Assembly (NCBI GenBank): GCA_047967505.1
Contig: CM106538.1
DNA length: 64,000 bases
Direction: 5' to 3' (one strand)
Source of the DNA: Dipteris shenzhenensis
Lineage: Eukaryota
Positions within the stretch are counted from its first letter, which is position 1, and every line of letters begins with the position of its first letter. Below the pieces are notes generated by a model that had not been told where the DNA came from, did no database searches, and worked only from the letters and a program-made list of their open reading frames with translations. Of the stretch, positions 25,759-39,000 are shown in pieces. The translations under genes were made by a program, and so were the position numbers.

Positions 25759-26188
25759 TCCGTCTAAGAAATTCTGTCAACCCAAGTGTTCACACAAAAC
25801 ATTTTTCTCAACAAATCACAAAACTATCTTGTTCATCCCGAGTTTTGGTTCCTCCCCTGTTCGAGTTTTGGTTCCTCCCTCTCTCATTTCCTTCAGAGGA
25901 TGATCCCCCGCCAGCCATTCCGTCTTGGTTCCTCCCCTGTTGTTGATCCCTCTCTCAGTTCTCAATAAATTCTGTCAACTGAGTGTTCACACAACATTTT
26001 TCTCAACAAATAACAAAACTCACGATTCTATCTTTGTCACGTCATATGGAGGTGACTCACATAGAATCCTAAGTTGCCCTTGGAGCTTGAACTCAGGACC
26101 GACACATGCATGCCCACACGTTTTAGCTGCTTGGTCTTAACAATCTTGGCACATTAGCTCAACTTGGCGGATATCCTCAATGTGTAAC

Positions 26189-26421
26189 CACCCTAAATTG
26201 CCTAAAATTTTGCATATTTACAAAATTGAGGAACTATTATTTACAGGTGAAAATGAAAATATCCCAGGTCCATTTTACATAGTTCACAGGTTTTCTGTGA
26301 ACGTTACACCCTAAATTGCCTAAAATTTTGCATATTTACAAAATTGAGGAACTATTATTTACAAGTGAAAATGAGAATATCGCAGGTCCATTTTATATAG
26401 TTCACAGGTTTTCTGTGAACA
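26189..26421. repeat. Tandem duplication, 118-bp period, each copy ending in an 8-bp hairpin
   Basis: caccctaaattgcctaaaattttgc... at 26189 and 26307; both end GTTCACAG-gtttt-CTGTGAAC. Confidence 0.9.
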
Positions 26422-27301
26422 CTTATTCCATTAGTGTGCATAGTGGAATGAGAAGGAGACCTCATTCCATTCGCCTATTTTGGTCCGAAGAAGGGCCATT
26501 TTGAACTTGTTAGTGAGGAGTTGCACTCTCCTAGTTAGGAACCAAATAACCATGTATGCAAGTAAGGCTTGCCATTGGAAGCTCTCAAGGGCATAGTGGA
26601 GGTAGTGAATCCCTAATAAATGCCACACATGCATAGTTTTGATAAAGTTATATTCTGAAAAAGTCCATTTTTCAAGCTTAACTCGAGTGAAAAAGACAAT
26701 TGTTTATCCGAAAGGCAATCGAACAAAGGGTGTTAAATTAGTAGTTTGACTACCGCCATAGGTGGTAGTGGCAAGGACCAGACAAACTCAACTCTGCATC
26801 ACCTAGCTACTAACCTAGGCTATTCGAGTTGGATATCACTGCAGTTGATGTTCCGCTTAAGCGGTAATGATGAGACTCGACCCTAAATTCTCAGCGTGAG
26901 GACAAAGTTCCTGCATGGATTTGCCTTCCCATATTGTAATGAGATACCCAAACATCTCAATTCTGTCCGAACACTATAAGAAGTGGAAAAAAGGGGAGAG
27001 TTGTTACCGATTTGAATAGTTGACCCTGACATTGCTACCATAATTTCTTATACACCCCCTTCTGCTACTCGAAAGAAACATCCCCTCGATTCATTTCCAC
27101 ATATGGTCGAAGTGTTGAAGATACAATCGGTAGAGTCCAAGTGTAAGGTTCAAGAGTAAAGATGCGAGGCATGGAGATGCGAGATCGTTCAATTACCTGA
27201 CCATTGTATCCTATCAAGACAGTTTGTCTATTGTACTTCTTCAGTATAATGAAATCTTTTATGGAACCTTTTTGTCTCTAATTCTGAGCATTTTGGTTGC
27301 G

Positions 27302-27479
27302 GATGTTCTTACATGTTTGTGTATGAATGTTCAAATGATTGTTCATCATTTAAGTGTATTTTGCCCAATGTGTGATGTAGTTCTCCTGTGATGTTTCTAC
27401 ACTTTTGTGTATGAATGTATTGAATGATTGTTCACCATTTAAGTGTATTTTGTTTAATGTGTGATGTACTTCCCCTGTG
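27302..27479. repeat. Diverged tandem duplication, ~88-bp period
   Basis: tttgtgtatgaatgt..aatgattgttca.catttaagtgtattttg..aatgtgtgatgta occurs twice. Confidence 0.85.
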
Positions 27480-28452
27480 TTTGATCTACCAAGTTAAGAG
27501 AGTACTTTGTGATTAGGAATGTGAAACATAGTTGAAATCTAAGTCCAACATAGGATGACATTTTTTTTGGCACAAGTTGCATTGAATCTATGTATAGAAT
27601 CAATCACTTGGTGAGTTTATCCATTGAATTCTACATCGTTGTTGAAGAAGCATGCCTAGATGTAGAGGACATAGTTAAATTCGAACTTGCATCAAGGAGC
27701 CTTCATTGGCACTGAGTTTCTTCGGCAAAAACTTTCCCAATGCATAGGTAAGCCAAATCAAAATTTTGAATCAATAGAGAACTCAAGTGAATGCATGAAA
27801 AATTCAAGTTTGGAAAAAGGGCCATAAAATACCCTAAAGCTTTACACTATTGACATGTGCAAGGTTTTAGTTGGAATAGAACACAGTTCTCTTAAACGGG
27901 CTGCAATCTCTTCTAATGGAGTTCTTCCAAGCATCTTCTTTATCACATCAGAAAACACATGCCTATACTAGGCATAACATGCAATCAAGTACACTCGATA
28001 CCGTTTAGTAAGGATGAATCCAATACCAAACGTACCCGGTGTCTCCACCAAAAGATGTGACATGAAGCTGGGCATAATAAACTTCACGCACCTCTTCACT
28101 TCTTGCTACTTTTGAACTGAGTGATAGAGATATTCATCACTGGGAAAGGGACATTAAAAATACACTTTTTACCAAGAGACCACACCATACTATCCTCCCT
28201 TATATGAGAATGAAGATGGTAACATCCCAAGTGATGTTATACTCAAGCATAGGGAGAAGGAAAGGATCAGTGGAGGCCATAATCTCAGCAAGTCGGTCTG
28301 TGCCAAAGAGAAGAGTGATACGTTGTTGAAAGAAGATCTTGCGGCTCAACATGACATGATCTAATATATATCGAGGAGTATGAAGGGGCTGATTGGGTCG
28401 GATGGGTAGGTTCCAAGGAAACATTGCACCTCCTTCATAGACACCTTTACAC

Positions 28453-28756
28453 CATGGATGATTTTTTCAAGTTAGTTTCATTAAGACGCTAAACTTTTAT
28501 ATTGGTGTCGAAAGTTTGTATGCCTTAGTAAAAATAAATGTTTGAAACATTCGCCCCAGGATATAAAACTTTTATGCAAAAAAAAGTAAAGTTTCATCAG
28601 GATTTACATTTTTCCTTCAAAATTCAAAAGAAAAAAATATAAAGAAGTACTACATTCTACTAAATTAAATCTTGTGAAACTAAAAAAATAAGCATGAAAA
28701 CTTTCGCCAAGATTTTATATCTATATATAAGCATAGCTTCGATAAAAACATCCCTG
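28453..28756. mobile_element. hAT-type MITE (304 bp) with 8-bp TSD
   Basis: TSD CTTTACAC at 28445-28452 and 28757-28764; imperfect TIRs CATGGATGATTTTTTCAAG / CTTCGATAAAAACATCCCTG. Confidence 0.85.
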
Positions 28757-28764
28757 CTTTACAC

Positions 28765-29650
28765 TTAGCTCAAAACACTCTCCAAAAAGAGAGAGCGGAA
28801 GCTCCAAGACTACTCATAGAGAGAGAATAAACTAGAGAGAGATGGACTCAAGAGTCTACATAAGAGAATATCTATACAAGAGGGAGAGAAGGCTCATGGA
28901 AGAGGCTTAAGGAGACTAGAGCTACAACAACATGAGGCCTAATGGTGGAAAAGATGTTGAACAAGGGAGAGGAGGGCTCCTTTTATAGAGATTTTGTCAC
29001 CCTCCTTCACCCATTTACAATTGCTGCCTGTAGATTCTTTTCCCCATCAATCACATAAGCCTGTATGTCACCATCCACATCCTTTTTGGCTACTCTTGCC
29101 ATGTGTCCCATCAAAAGATGCTCAAGACTCTTATAATATTGAGAAAGTCAAGAGTCTCCCCACATGGAGCCCATAGGGACCCTCTCTTTTCCATATGTCC
29201 ACATCCTCCTTATTCCACATAGGAATTCTAGAAGGATTCCTCTTGACTCCACACTCCTCCACATGCCTTCCACACACTTGGCATGTGATCTCTCTTATAT
29301 TATTGGAACACATGGACATGAGCCCACCTCTTTATATGACTCACTCTTCTTATTTTCTAAAAACCCCATAATATCCCATACATAAATAACTCTCACCCCA
29401 TACCAAGGTATTTATCATTCATACACATGGTATTTACGATGATCCATTCCACTCATCCTCTCAGTCCCATACAATATCTTCGAAAATAGAAATAAGTGAG
29501 AGCCACTAGGCTATCACTTGATACTCAAACTCTTATCAAACATAGAAGAAAACAATACCAATGCCAAATAAAAAATATCAATTGCTCAAAATAATATATT
29601 AACAAAAAATTTAAAGCACTAAACCAAGCATTGATTCAAAGTACTCTTCG
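28765..29650 (-). mobile_element. LTR-like remnant
   Basis: Minus-strand CTCTATAAAAGGAGCCC TATA context (~28975-28991) followed by a CT-rich leader, typical of plant LTRs; no termini identified. Confidence 0.35.
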
Positions 29651-29659
29651 ATCAATTGC

Positions 29660-32090
29660 TAAGTCTGACTCCCAACTTTCGTAAGAATTTCATTAAGCTT
29701 CAGGAGGAAATATCTAGGATGATGAACAAAGGTGTATTCAAGAATAAGGAAAAAAATAGCGATAAGGTCTAAGAGTCTTGCAAGATAAACTGGAAGATGT
29801 TGACTAGAAGGTGCCAAAGGTTCACATAATGGCCAGGAATTACCTGGCACTCTGCTAGACAGAGGGTCAGGTGTGAAAATTCTCTTGTAGCACATGTATG
29901 AGAAGATGGGATTAATGAATTTAGATTCAGTCTCGTTTTCAGTCAACATGGTCGATCAGTGGTAAGTTTAGCCCCTTGAACTAATCCAAAACCAATAGAT
30001 AATGATTCAGTGAATGACATTCTGGGTCAATTTTTGTGTGCCACAAATGAAAAAGGGTGGTCTGTCATAAACAATGCTCCTTGGGAGGCGATGGTTTTAA
30101 GCAGCCAAAGGTAAAGCAGGGTTGGGCTACATTAAAGATCATAGTCCACAATCGAAACCAGAAATTAAAGTTGGAAATGATTCCAAAAGTAATATTAAAA
30201 ATGAAAACAAACCATTGATTGTGCAATGTGTTAACATGCTATTTGAAATGGATGACAATGAAGAACATGATGCAAACCCATCAATAGTACCATTTTTGAG
30301 GTAGATGTTGGCCATGTAGTGCAAAAATATGCACAAATGGTGCCGAAAGCAGCTTCGATATATACATTGTTCCTTGGAAGAGTCTAACCCAATCCGAAAG
30401 ATGTTTGGCAAGTAAAGCAGATCCAGAATCGGATTCCAGGAATGAAGAAAGTTTTACTCAATAGGGGTGGAATGAAGATGTTATCAGGTAGGCAGTCAAA
30501 GCCTGTGAAGGTCCACTAATGAGGACCTCTAGCGTCAAGAAGGATGGATTGGAGTAATTGAATCTCGTATGGCAGAAAAGCCACAATCGGTGAAAATCAG
30601 TTCGCATACGCTAAAGGAAAGTTCAAAGATGATCTAGTCAAGTTGCTCATTAAATTCAAGGATATTTTTGCATGGGGATTTATGGACATGAAGGGCATGA
30701 CCCAACCTCTATATCCATTAGATCAACCTCAAGAAGGATGAAGTGCTTATGGTGCAACATAAATATCATATGAATCCGAATTATGCGAAATTGGTGAAAT
30801 AAGAGATTGACAAACTTCTTCAAGTGGGTTTCACATATTCAGTTGAGAAGGTCATGTGGTTTGTCCCTGATCATCATTATTTGAAGAAAAACATAACGTT
30901 GAGGATGTTTGTTGATTATTAAAAGTTGAATACAGCCACCATAACTAATCCTTTCCCCACTTCCGTTTTGTGACACCATGCTAGATGTAGTCACTATAAA
31001 TGAAGTCTACAATTTTTTGGATGGGTTTGGTGGATACAATCAGATCTAAATGCTATGGAAAGATAAGGATAAAACTTCCTTTGTGACCGAATGAAATGTG
31101 TTTACAAGCAATGTAATGAAATTTGGCATGAAGAATGCACCTCCCATGTTCCAAGGGTGGATATAGAAAGTGTTCACACCATACTTGATGACATTCATGA
31201 GATTGTTTTTGATGATTTCAATGTACTTGGAATAAAATATAAACACATTGAGAATCTGTGGCTTTGTTTTGACAAGTGCAAAACATCTTGTGACTAAGTC
31301 TCAATGCAACAAAATGCAACATTTGCAATTCAGAGATGCATTCTTCTCGGGCATATAATCTTTGTAGGGGGGATGGCAATGGATCCAAGGAAGGTTGCAG
31401 CTATCCAAGAAGCAAAAGCACCATAAAATGCAAAGGAAGTCAATAGATTTATTGGCCAAGTGAAGTGACACAACTGATTCCTTAGGTATCTTTTATATGA
31501 CTATCAACCACTAACAAAATTGGCCAAGAAAAATGAGCAATTCATTGGAAGGAGGACCAAGAATGGGCATTCCAACTTCTAAAGAAAATGTTGGTTCTAG
31601 CACCTATCCTAGTCCCAACAGATGGGAATTTGGAATTTCATGTGTTTGCTACTATCAAAGCAATCCTATTGCACACACATGCACGCGCACACACACACAC
31701 ATGAGTGGTTTCAACCAATTTACTATGCAAGTCAGACTTTGAAAATGGTTGAGAGAAATTACACAATGCTTGAACATGAAGGTTTGGGGATGATTTATGC
31801 ACTTCATAAGTTCCATCATTACCTATTGGGTAATCAAGTAGTGTTTCATGTTGACCATTGGGCTTTATGTATTTGGTGAATAAGCGATAGCCCTCTGGAA
31901 GGCTACCATGCTGGATACTTTTATACAAGAATTTCAATATAGGATATTGCATACTCTTGAAAAGTAGCCCCTAGTTCCGAATTACCTTAGTAGATTGGAG
32001 TCCGGTAAAACTCTGATGCAAGGTATTCTGGATGATCTACCAGATGCTCCATTGTTTGCAGTTGAGGCCATCAGAGGGACGGAGTGGTAT
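29660..32090 (+). mobile_element. Decayed Ty3/Gypsy pol (protease-RT-RNase H)
   Basis: LLDRGSGVKIL..MYEKMGL..MLLGR (protease); FKDIFAW, YHMNPNYA..EIDKLL, FVDY*KLN, FLDGFGGYNQI, FGMKNAPPMFQ (RT); PIYYASQTL..ERNY..EHEGLGMIYALHKFHHYLLG..VDHWAL (RNase H). Confidence 0.9.
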
Positions 32091-34539
32091 TCAAAGAATT
32101 TGACTTGGGGTTATGATGAGCAAAAATATGAACTGGAAAAATTGGTAATAAACCCAAAGGAGAACTTGGAGCATAAGACCAATATGGAATAAAGACTAGA
32201 GCAATGGTCTAATGAAATCAAGAAAGGACTTTCATTGGAAATGCAAGAGCTATCAACTTAGAATAATAAAGTCATGACTAGAATATGATTTTGTAAAGAA
32301 AGATTAGGAGCTTTGAATCCTCTAGAAGAGTAGATTAAAACCATGATTGATGAAGATGTAGGGGATATCTCAAGAACATTTACATCAGACACAAATATGT
32401 CATAGTTTTAGGATAAACTTGTAGTCTAGATGTGTGCTCTCTAGGCTCAGATCTAGGCTAGGCTAATGCATCTATAGAATCAACCTGTGGATGTCTATGA
32501 TAAGCAAATAGAAACTATTTCCAAATTTTTATTTCAAAAGAGGGTGGAAGAGTTGTAGAAGGAGGTGTATTTTTGGAAATCTAAGGTGCCTCTAGCTGAA
32601 AGCTTGGAGCAAACCATATCCTTGCTAGAGGAGAGTTCCCAATAGACAGGATGACAAGAAGAACCAAAAATGCCCTCAGCTAGATTTGCTTCCCTTTCTA
32701 AACCATTTATTGTATTTCCTTCTATTGTTCACCAAAGTGTCCTAGATGTCAATGATGATGTAGGAAAGGTACAGTGTGCAAAGACACAATGTGCTGCAAT
32801 CAATAGAAACCTTAGTAATGGCTTTCCACACCTATAGTTCTAGGAAATGTACAAATTTGGAAGAAACAACAAAAACTACAACTGATAATGTAGATACAGT
32901 CAAAAAATCTTTAAATTTCTTAATAGAGAAAATAGTAAGTGATAATGTAATCATTTTTCATGTAGATGATGAACACATTACTGATGCAGCAAAGAAACCA
33001 GTAAAAATTCTTAAATTGGTAGATAACTTAGAGTTGGATATCTGAAAAAAATGAGACTTTTATTAAAGATGAATTTGCACCAGTGCGACAAAATCGCAAA
33101 CAAAGAACTTGACCAATGATCTATGATTTATTTATAGTAATGTTTTACCAATATAGTTAGTTATGAAATTTTGGATATGTTTTCTATAACTTTGGCACAA
33201 TTTGTAGATAGTTTCTACTTGGGAGTATAGTTGATAGTTGTGTATGGGAGTGGTTGGTACCTTGGTACTGCACCAAACTCTACTAACAATCAACTCCTTG
33301 TGAGATGTTACACCAAAGTCATCAACTATAATCCAAAAGTAAGAAATGAAGCTTTTGCAGTGGGTTTAGATCCATGAATTTTAACCAAATTCCTATCCAC
33401 TAGCTGTTCAAGATGTTAACTGGACATAAAATGACCCCAAATTACATTCAAAAGTATATGGTAAATCTAGCAATCAGATTGAGATGTTAAGAGTCACCAA
33501 TAAGATGTTTTACCTTTTTAAATTTATCTTTCAGTTTGGATCCATAGTTGTTGCATGACTAGTCATATCTTGAGAGCAATTGAATCTTGGAATATAGATG
33601 ATGAAATATTACTGAGCATTGTGTGCAATTTGCATTTTTGTTTTTTGATTTCTTTAAGCTATGCTATGAGAGATGCAGTTTTGTAATCAAAGAGGGAGGG
33701 ATTCATTGTTCAATTCTTAGTTGAGTGCTTTCCAAAATATTTGAGAGAAGAAATATGAATAGATGATCCTTGCATTGCAACTCAATCTATTCCAACAAGT
33801 AGAACGAGCCAAGTCCAAATAGTAAAATATCTTAATACATCTTAGAATATTGTACCATGACAAAAATAAGAACATGAGGTGAACCAAAAAAAGAAGTGAA
33901 GGGCATACAAAAAAGATAAAGTGAAGATTGAGTATACAATGCAATGAGTAATGTGTGATTTTATCCCATGCATCTACCATGGTTTCAATGAAGTTTTTCC
34001 TATCACTTTTATACAATTGCGCATCGTCATCATTTATGTAAGGCTTTTGCAAATATCGTTGCTCTATCTAGTGCTTTCCAAACACTGCTCTCAAATTTAA
34101 CACATTAGGGTCAACTTCGAGGTCTGTGGTATACTCACATAACTCTTTCCAAAGGACCAAGTCATACTTAATTGATTTTTATCACAAAAGCTTTTGTGAC
34201 TTTGTGCTCCCCATGGAAATTTATTGGGGAAGTTTCTTGATTTTCTTGAAAGTTGTGTGTCCTTACAAAGCTTCACATTTCCTCTATGTAGTCCCATGCT
34301 TCATAGAAGAGCTTTGACATTCCGCACATGATGCAACTCTCTTTTCAAGTGTCCTACTCCATGCATATACCATGTGTAAATAAATTTAGTTATTAGTCAG
34401 ATGCATCCTAGCAGAAGCAGAGAGCACAAAAAAATACACCCTTTCTAATGGAATGTTTAAAATTACATCCCATTTCTTATAAAGTTTTTCTTGCTTGGGT
34501 CCAACGTCCTAATCAAAATTCATTACTCATTGGTGCATG

Positions 34540-34547
34540 CATGTGCA

Positions 34548-34583
<36 letters not shown>

Positions 34584-34694
34584 TGCACGTACATGTGCCC
34601 ATATGTGCATGCATGTGGGTGCGCACACACACACACACAGTGTGTGTGTATGTGTGTGTGTGTGTGTGTGCATGCCTCACGAGAGAGAGGGGGG

Positions 34695-34722
<28 letters not shown>
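34540..34722. repeat. Compound (GT)n/(CA)n/(GA)n microsatellite
   Basis: Directly visible. Confidence 0.95.
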
Positions 34723-34725
<3 letters not shown>

Positions 34726-34926
34726 ATTAATGTCTTCGGGAGGCCTCACGGGCCTCTATGAGACAAAGTACACACCAAAAAAGAGCAACTACTACATCTC
34801 TGGGAATCAGAGAGTCGAGGAATGCACATGGCATCTTAGCTCAAAGTTATTTTAGCACACAACTATGTTTCTAGTCTTACCATAAAATGGCCTTCGTTAC
34901 ATCAGTTTAAGACTGAGACGCTTTAA

Positions 34927-35240
34927 TTAGAAGCTTGCCCATCTCGATACACTGCCCATTTGCGTGCTTTGTGTGCTTCCCACTTTGGTGAGTTCACTAT
35001 TCCTTTGTTTGAGCTGAATTAGAGTGAGCTCCTCAGATATCCAAATCTTTGTACCCCTTAGTTTATGTGTTTGTCCAAGGGTCTTAACACTTGCTGTCGC
35101 TAAAGTAGACCTGTCCTTGTGTGCCGTTTTGACTGATATTGCATATATCATTCTCGTCCCATTCAATTTGTGGTATTTCTTCCTTGAGGCATGTGATAAT
35201 GTCTTCTATGGATTTTTCCTCATGAAGGCACTATTGTTTC
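34927..35240 (-). mobile_element. LINE ORF1-like remnant, C-terminal part (split by the Copia insertion)
   Basis: HKLRGTKIWISEELT resembles the LKGTxIxIxEDLT motif of LINE ORF1 C-termini. Confidence 0.55.
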
Positions 35241-35931
35241 TGTTAGATATCAATGCTCCACTCTCATGTAACTACGCAGGAACCAGCTAACTCTACTTGT
35301 AAGCCCCCCATATGAGGAGAAGGCATTTGAGTAGCTCGGTTATCCGGTAGGTCCTAGTTTAGACACCAGATGGGGGCCATGTGTGGCTTGATGGCTGGAC
35401 GGCTTCAGATAGAATTGGCACACTGCCAACTAGGCTACATGCAAGTGCGGGAAGGCATCCCATGACTGATCGCACTGAGGGTAGACGGAGCATTTCCCGG
35501 GGCAACCCACTCTCGGGCTACAGGGCCCGTTTGGAGCCCCAGATGATCCCGGATGGCTCTGGGCCAAACAATAACCATAGGTGAGTTGCTCTATTCTGCG
35601 CCACGGTTCTAACGTGTGGTCGGTGGCCTATTTTGGGCTTGACTGGGTCTAACCGACTACGACTAGTGGCTATATAAGAGCAAGCCCGTGAATCCCATCA
35701 TCATCACTGGCTACAACAACCCTGATTCCTTAGCATCCATCCTCCGTCCTCTACTGTTTCCAGCGCACCATCGAAGCTCACATAGGAGCACACGACTGGG
35801 AGGTAGCGCCATCTATTGTGTTAGTTTTACAGTAATCAAATTTTTTATTCTCCATACTATCTGCTTTTCTCTCTTGCATACGAGATCCTGTTATCTGCTG
35901 TTGAGCACAGACGTTGTATTGTTTTCTTACA

Positions 35932-35943
35932 TGGTATCAGAGC
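35932..35943 (+). other. Primer-binding site (tRNA-iMet)
   Basis: TGGTATCAGAGC immediately after the 5' LTR. Confidence 0.95.
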
Positions 35944-36001
35944 TTGGGCTCTAGCAAGAAGATTTGGTAGTGTGTTTCTGTTTGCGAGCAGATTGTGAGA
36001 G

Positions 36002-39000
36002 ATGGCCCAGCCCGCAAGATTGCGAATCCCACCGTTCAGCGAAAGCAAATAGTTGGACGGCACTAACTATCCACTCTGGAAGTTCAAGATGAAGACCATC
36101 CTAAATGCATACGAGCTTTGGGATATTGCTACTGGGGTGGACGTGAAGCCGATTGCGAGACCGAATCCTGCCAATGCTGGACAACAAATAGTACCAAGTG
36201 CGGATGAGATTCTCACGTGGACAAGAAGAAATGCAGATGCGTTGTCTTCTATTGTCTGCAGTGTAAGTGATTCTATCATGGCGTTAATTCAACATGTCAC
36301 CACAGCGGAGGAGGCATGGACGGTCTTGAAAAATCAGTACGAGACCATGAATCAGACGCAGATTCAGAATCTGGAGACTCAACTTGCAAACGAGAAACTA
36401 TCTGAGTCTGAAACAGTAGAAAAGTTCATCACCAGGGTGAAGAATCTGTTCGATCAGATGACTGCAATGGCATCACCATCACCAGCGAGAATCTAGCACG
36501 AAGGTGCATACGGATTCTCCCACCAAAGTACGATGGTCTTGTTACGGCATTGAATACGCATAACAAAAATCCGTCCCTCAACTTTGAGGATTTCAGCGCG
36601 ATGCTTCTGGAGGAGGAGATGCGTCAAAAGACGAGGACTGGAGAAGATTCGGCTTTCTCGGCTGGATCAAAGAAAGATATTGGTAAGGACTCTGATAACC
36701 CATCTTCTTCTGATGATAAAAAGAGAAAGAAGAAGATCAAGTGCTTCTATTGCAACAAGGCAGGGCATGAGTAGAATGAGTGCCGGAAGAAGATTGCAGA
36801 TGGGAAGAACAGAGTAAAAAAAGAGTCCAGGAACAGCGCGCAGGCAGTACCAGTAGAGCTGTTCATAGCAATTGAGGATATTTGCACGGAGGTAGTTCAT
36901 GTACTTGCGGATGAGCCTTGGATTATTGATAGTGGTGCATCGCGCCACATTACCAGTCGGAAGGATTGGTACAGCTCTCTACATTTGGTAGGGAATGACA
37001 TCCTGGTAGCAGTCGGCAATGATGCAAAATGTCCAGCAAAAGGAAAAGGTACGATTGGTCTCAAGTCAGATGGAGTTGTAAAATAGTTGTCCGATGTTCT
37101 TTATGTACCAAATATCAAGAGGAACTTGTTGTCCGTTTCTGCGATCACGGATCGGGACCTCAAAGTTCACTTCAATAAAAATGGCGCACAGATTTTGGAT
37201 TTTCAAGGGAAGGTCATTGGTAAAGGTACATGGCGCAACAACATCTATGAAGTCTCAACTTTCAGTGCTCGAGCCGATGTAACACTAAACTGTGGCATGA
37301 GAGGTTTGGTCATCTAAACCTTAGTTCTTTAAAGGAGATGCATAAAAGAGGAATCATTACAAACCTACCAAAAATTTCAGATCTGCCCGATGTACGCGAA
37401 GCTTGCATGATGGGCAAGCAGCATCGACAACCCTTTCTTAAAGAGGCCAGCAGGGCAAAGGCTCCTCTAGAGCTCGTTCACATGGACCTCTGCGGAAAGA
37501 TGGAGACGGAAGCTTTGGGTGGTTCCTACTACTTCATGATGCTGATCGATGACTACAGTAGAAGGATATGGATATACTTCCTGAAGACTAAAGATGAGGC
37601 TTTTAGTAAGTTCAAAGAATGGTATGTAATGGTCGAGAAAGAAACGGGGAGGAAGGTGAAGAAGTTGAGGTCAGACAGAGGTGGTGAGTTCACATTAAGT
37701 GAATTCGAAAGTTACTGCAAAAGTCATGGGATCAAGATGCAGAAACCCCTGCCACATACATCATAGCAAAATGGAGTAGCAGAGTGCAAGATGCACGTCA
37801 TCTGCGAAATGGGCAGGAGTATGATGAAAGGGAAAGATTTGCCAAAGACTTTCTGGGCTGAAGCATGTAACACGGCAGTTTACATTCTGAATCGTAGCTA
37901 CACGAAGGCTGTGAATGGGATGACTCCACTGTAGGCCTTTTCTGGTAAGAAACCTTCAGCTGCACATTTTCAGAGTTTTTGGATGTGACTGTTTTGTGCA
38001 TGTCCCTGATGCTAACAGGACCAAATGGGAACCGAAGAGCCGGAAGTGTATTTTCTTGGGTTACAGTGAAGAGGCGAAGGGTTACCGTCTCTATAATCCT
38101 ATTACTAAGAAGGTAATAGTAAGTCATGATGTGGTCTTCTCAGAAGAGCCGCATCAATTGGAGGAGGATGCTTCCTTCCCAGACAACCAGGACCAGGATA
38201 TCCATCCTATACAACCACCAACAACAGACCGAACTCCCCCAACGGTGCTTGGGAGGATTCAAGATAAAGAAGAGGAAGAAGAGCCTGCAGAACCACAATA
38301 GAACAGCCATTCCCGAAGTGGGTAAAGCAGCTTTTGAAAGGCAGAGAACCTCCATCCATTGAGGAGGAACCATCTGATTACCGTCAGTCCAAGAGATTAG
38401 AGGAGCAAAGAAGGGCGCAGGAACACTTGGTCAACTACGCTTTGATGACAGAGGTAATCCGTGCTGAAGAACCCAAGTGTCTTGAAGAGGCACATGGTGA
38501 TGATAGGTGGATGGAGGCTATGCAGTCAGAGTATGGCTCCATAATGAAGAACAACACTTGGGACCTTGTGGATCGACCACCAAAACGCAAGGTGATCGGC
38601 ACCAAGTGGGTGTACAAGACCAAGTACAAGTCCGACGGCATGTTGGATAAGTACAAGGCTCAGTTCATGGCAAAAGGATTCCACAGGTACATGGTTTTGA
38701 TTAGCAGGATACTTTTGCTCCCACAACTCGACTAACCACAATTCGCAATGTTTTGGCTTTAGCAGCACAGGAAAGTTGGCCCGTGTTTCAGATGGATGTA
38801 AAATCCACCTTTTTGAATGAAGATCTCAAGGAGGAGATATACGTGGAATAACCACCAGGTTTTGTGATCCCCGGTTCAGAAGGTAAATTCTGTAAACTAA
38901 AGAAGGCACTTTACGGGCTGAAATAGGCCCCACGAGCGTGGTACCAGCGGATTGATGCCTACTTTCTGCAAAACGGGTTTAGGAGGAGCCCATCTGATGC

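Noticed and set aside
34448-34855. Cys/Val- or His/Thr-rich ORFs
   Set aside because: Microsatellite translations; the same applies at 14108-14356, 17168-17420 and 47244-47485.
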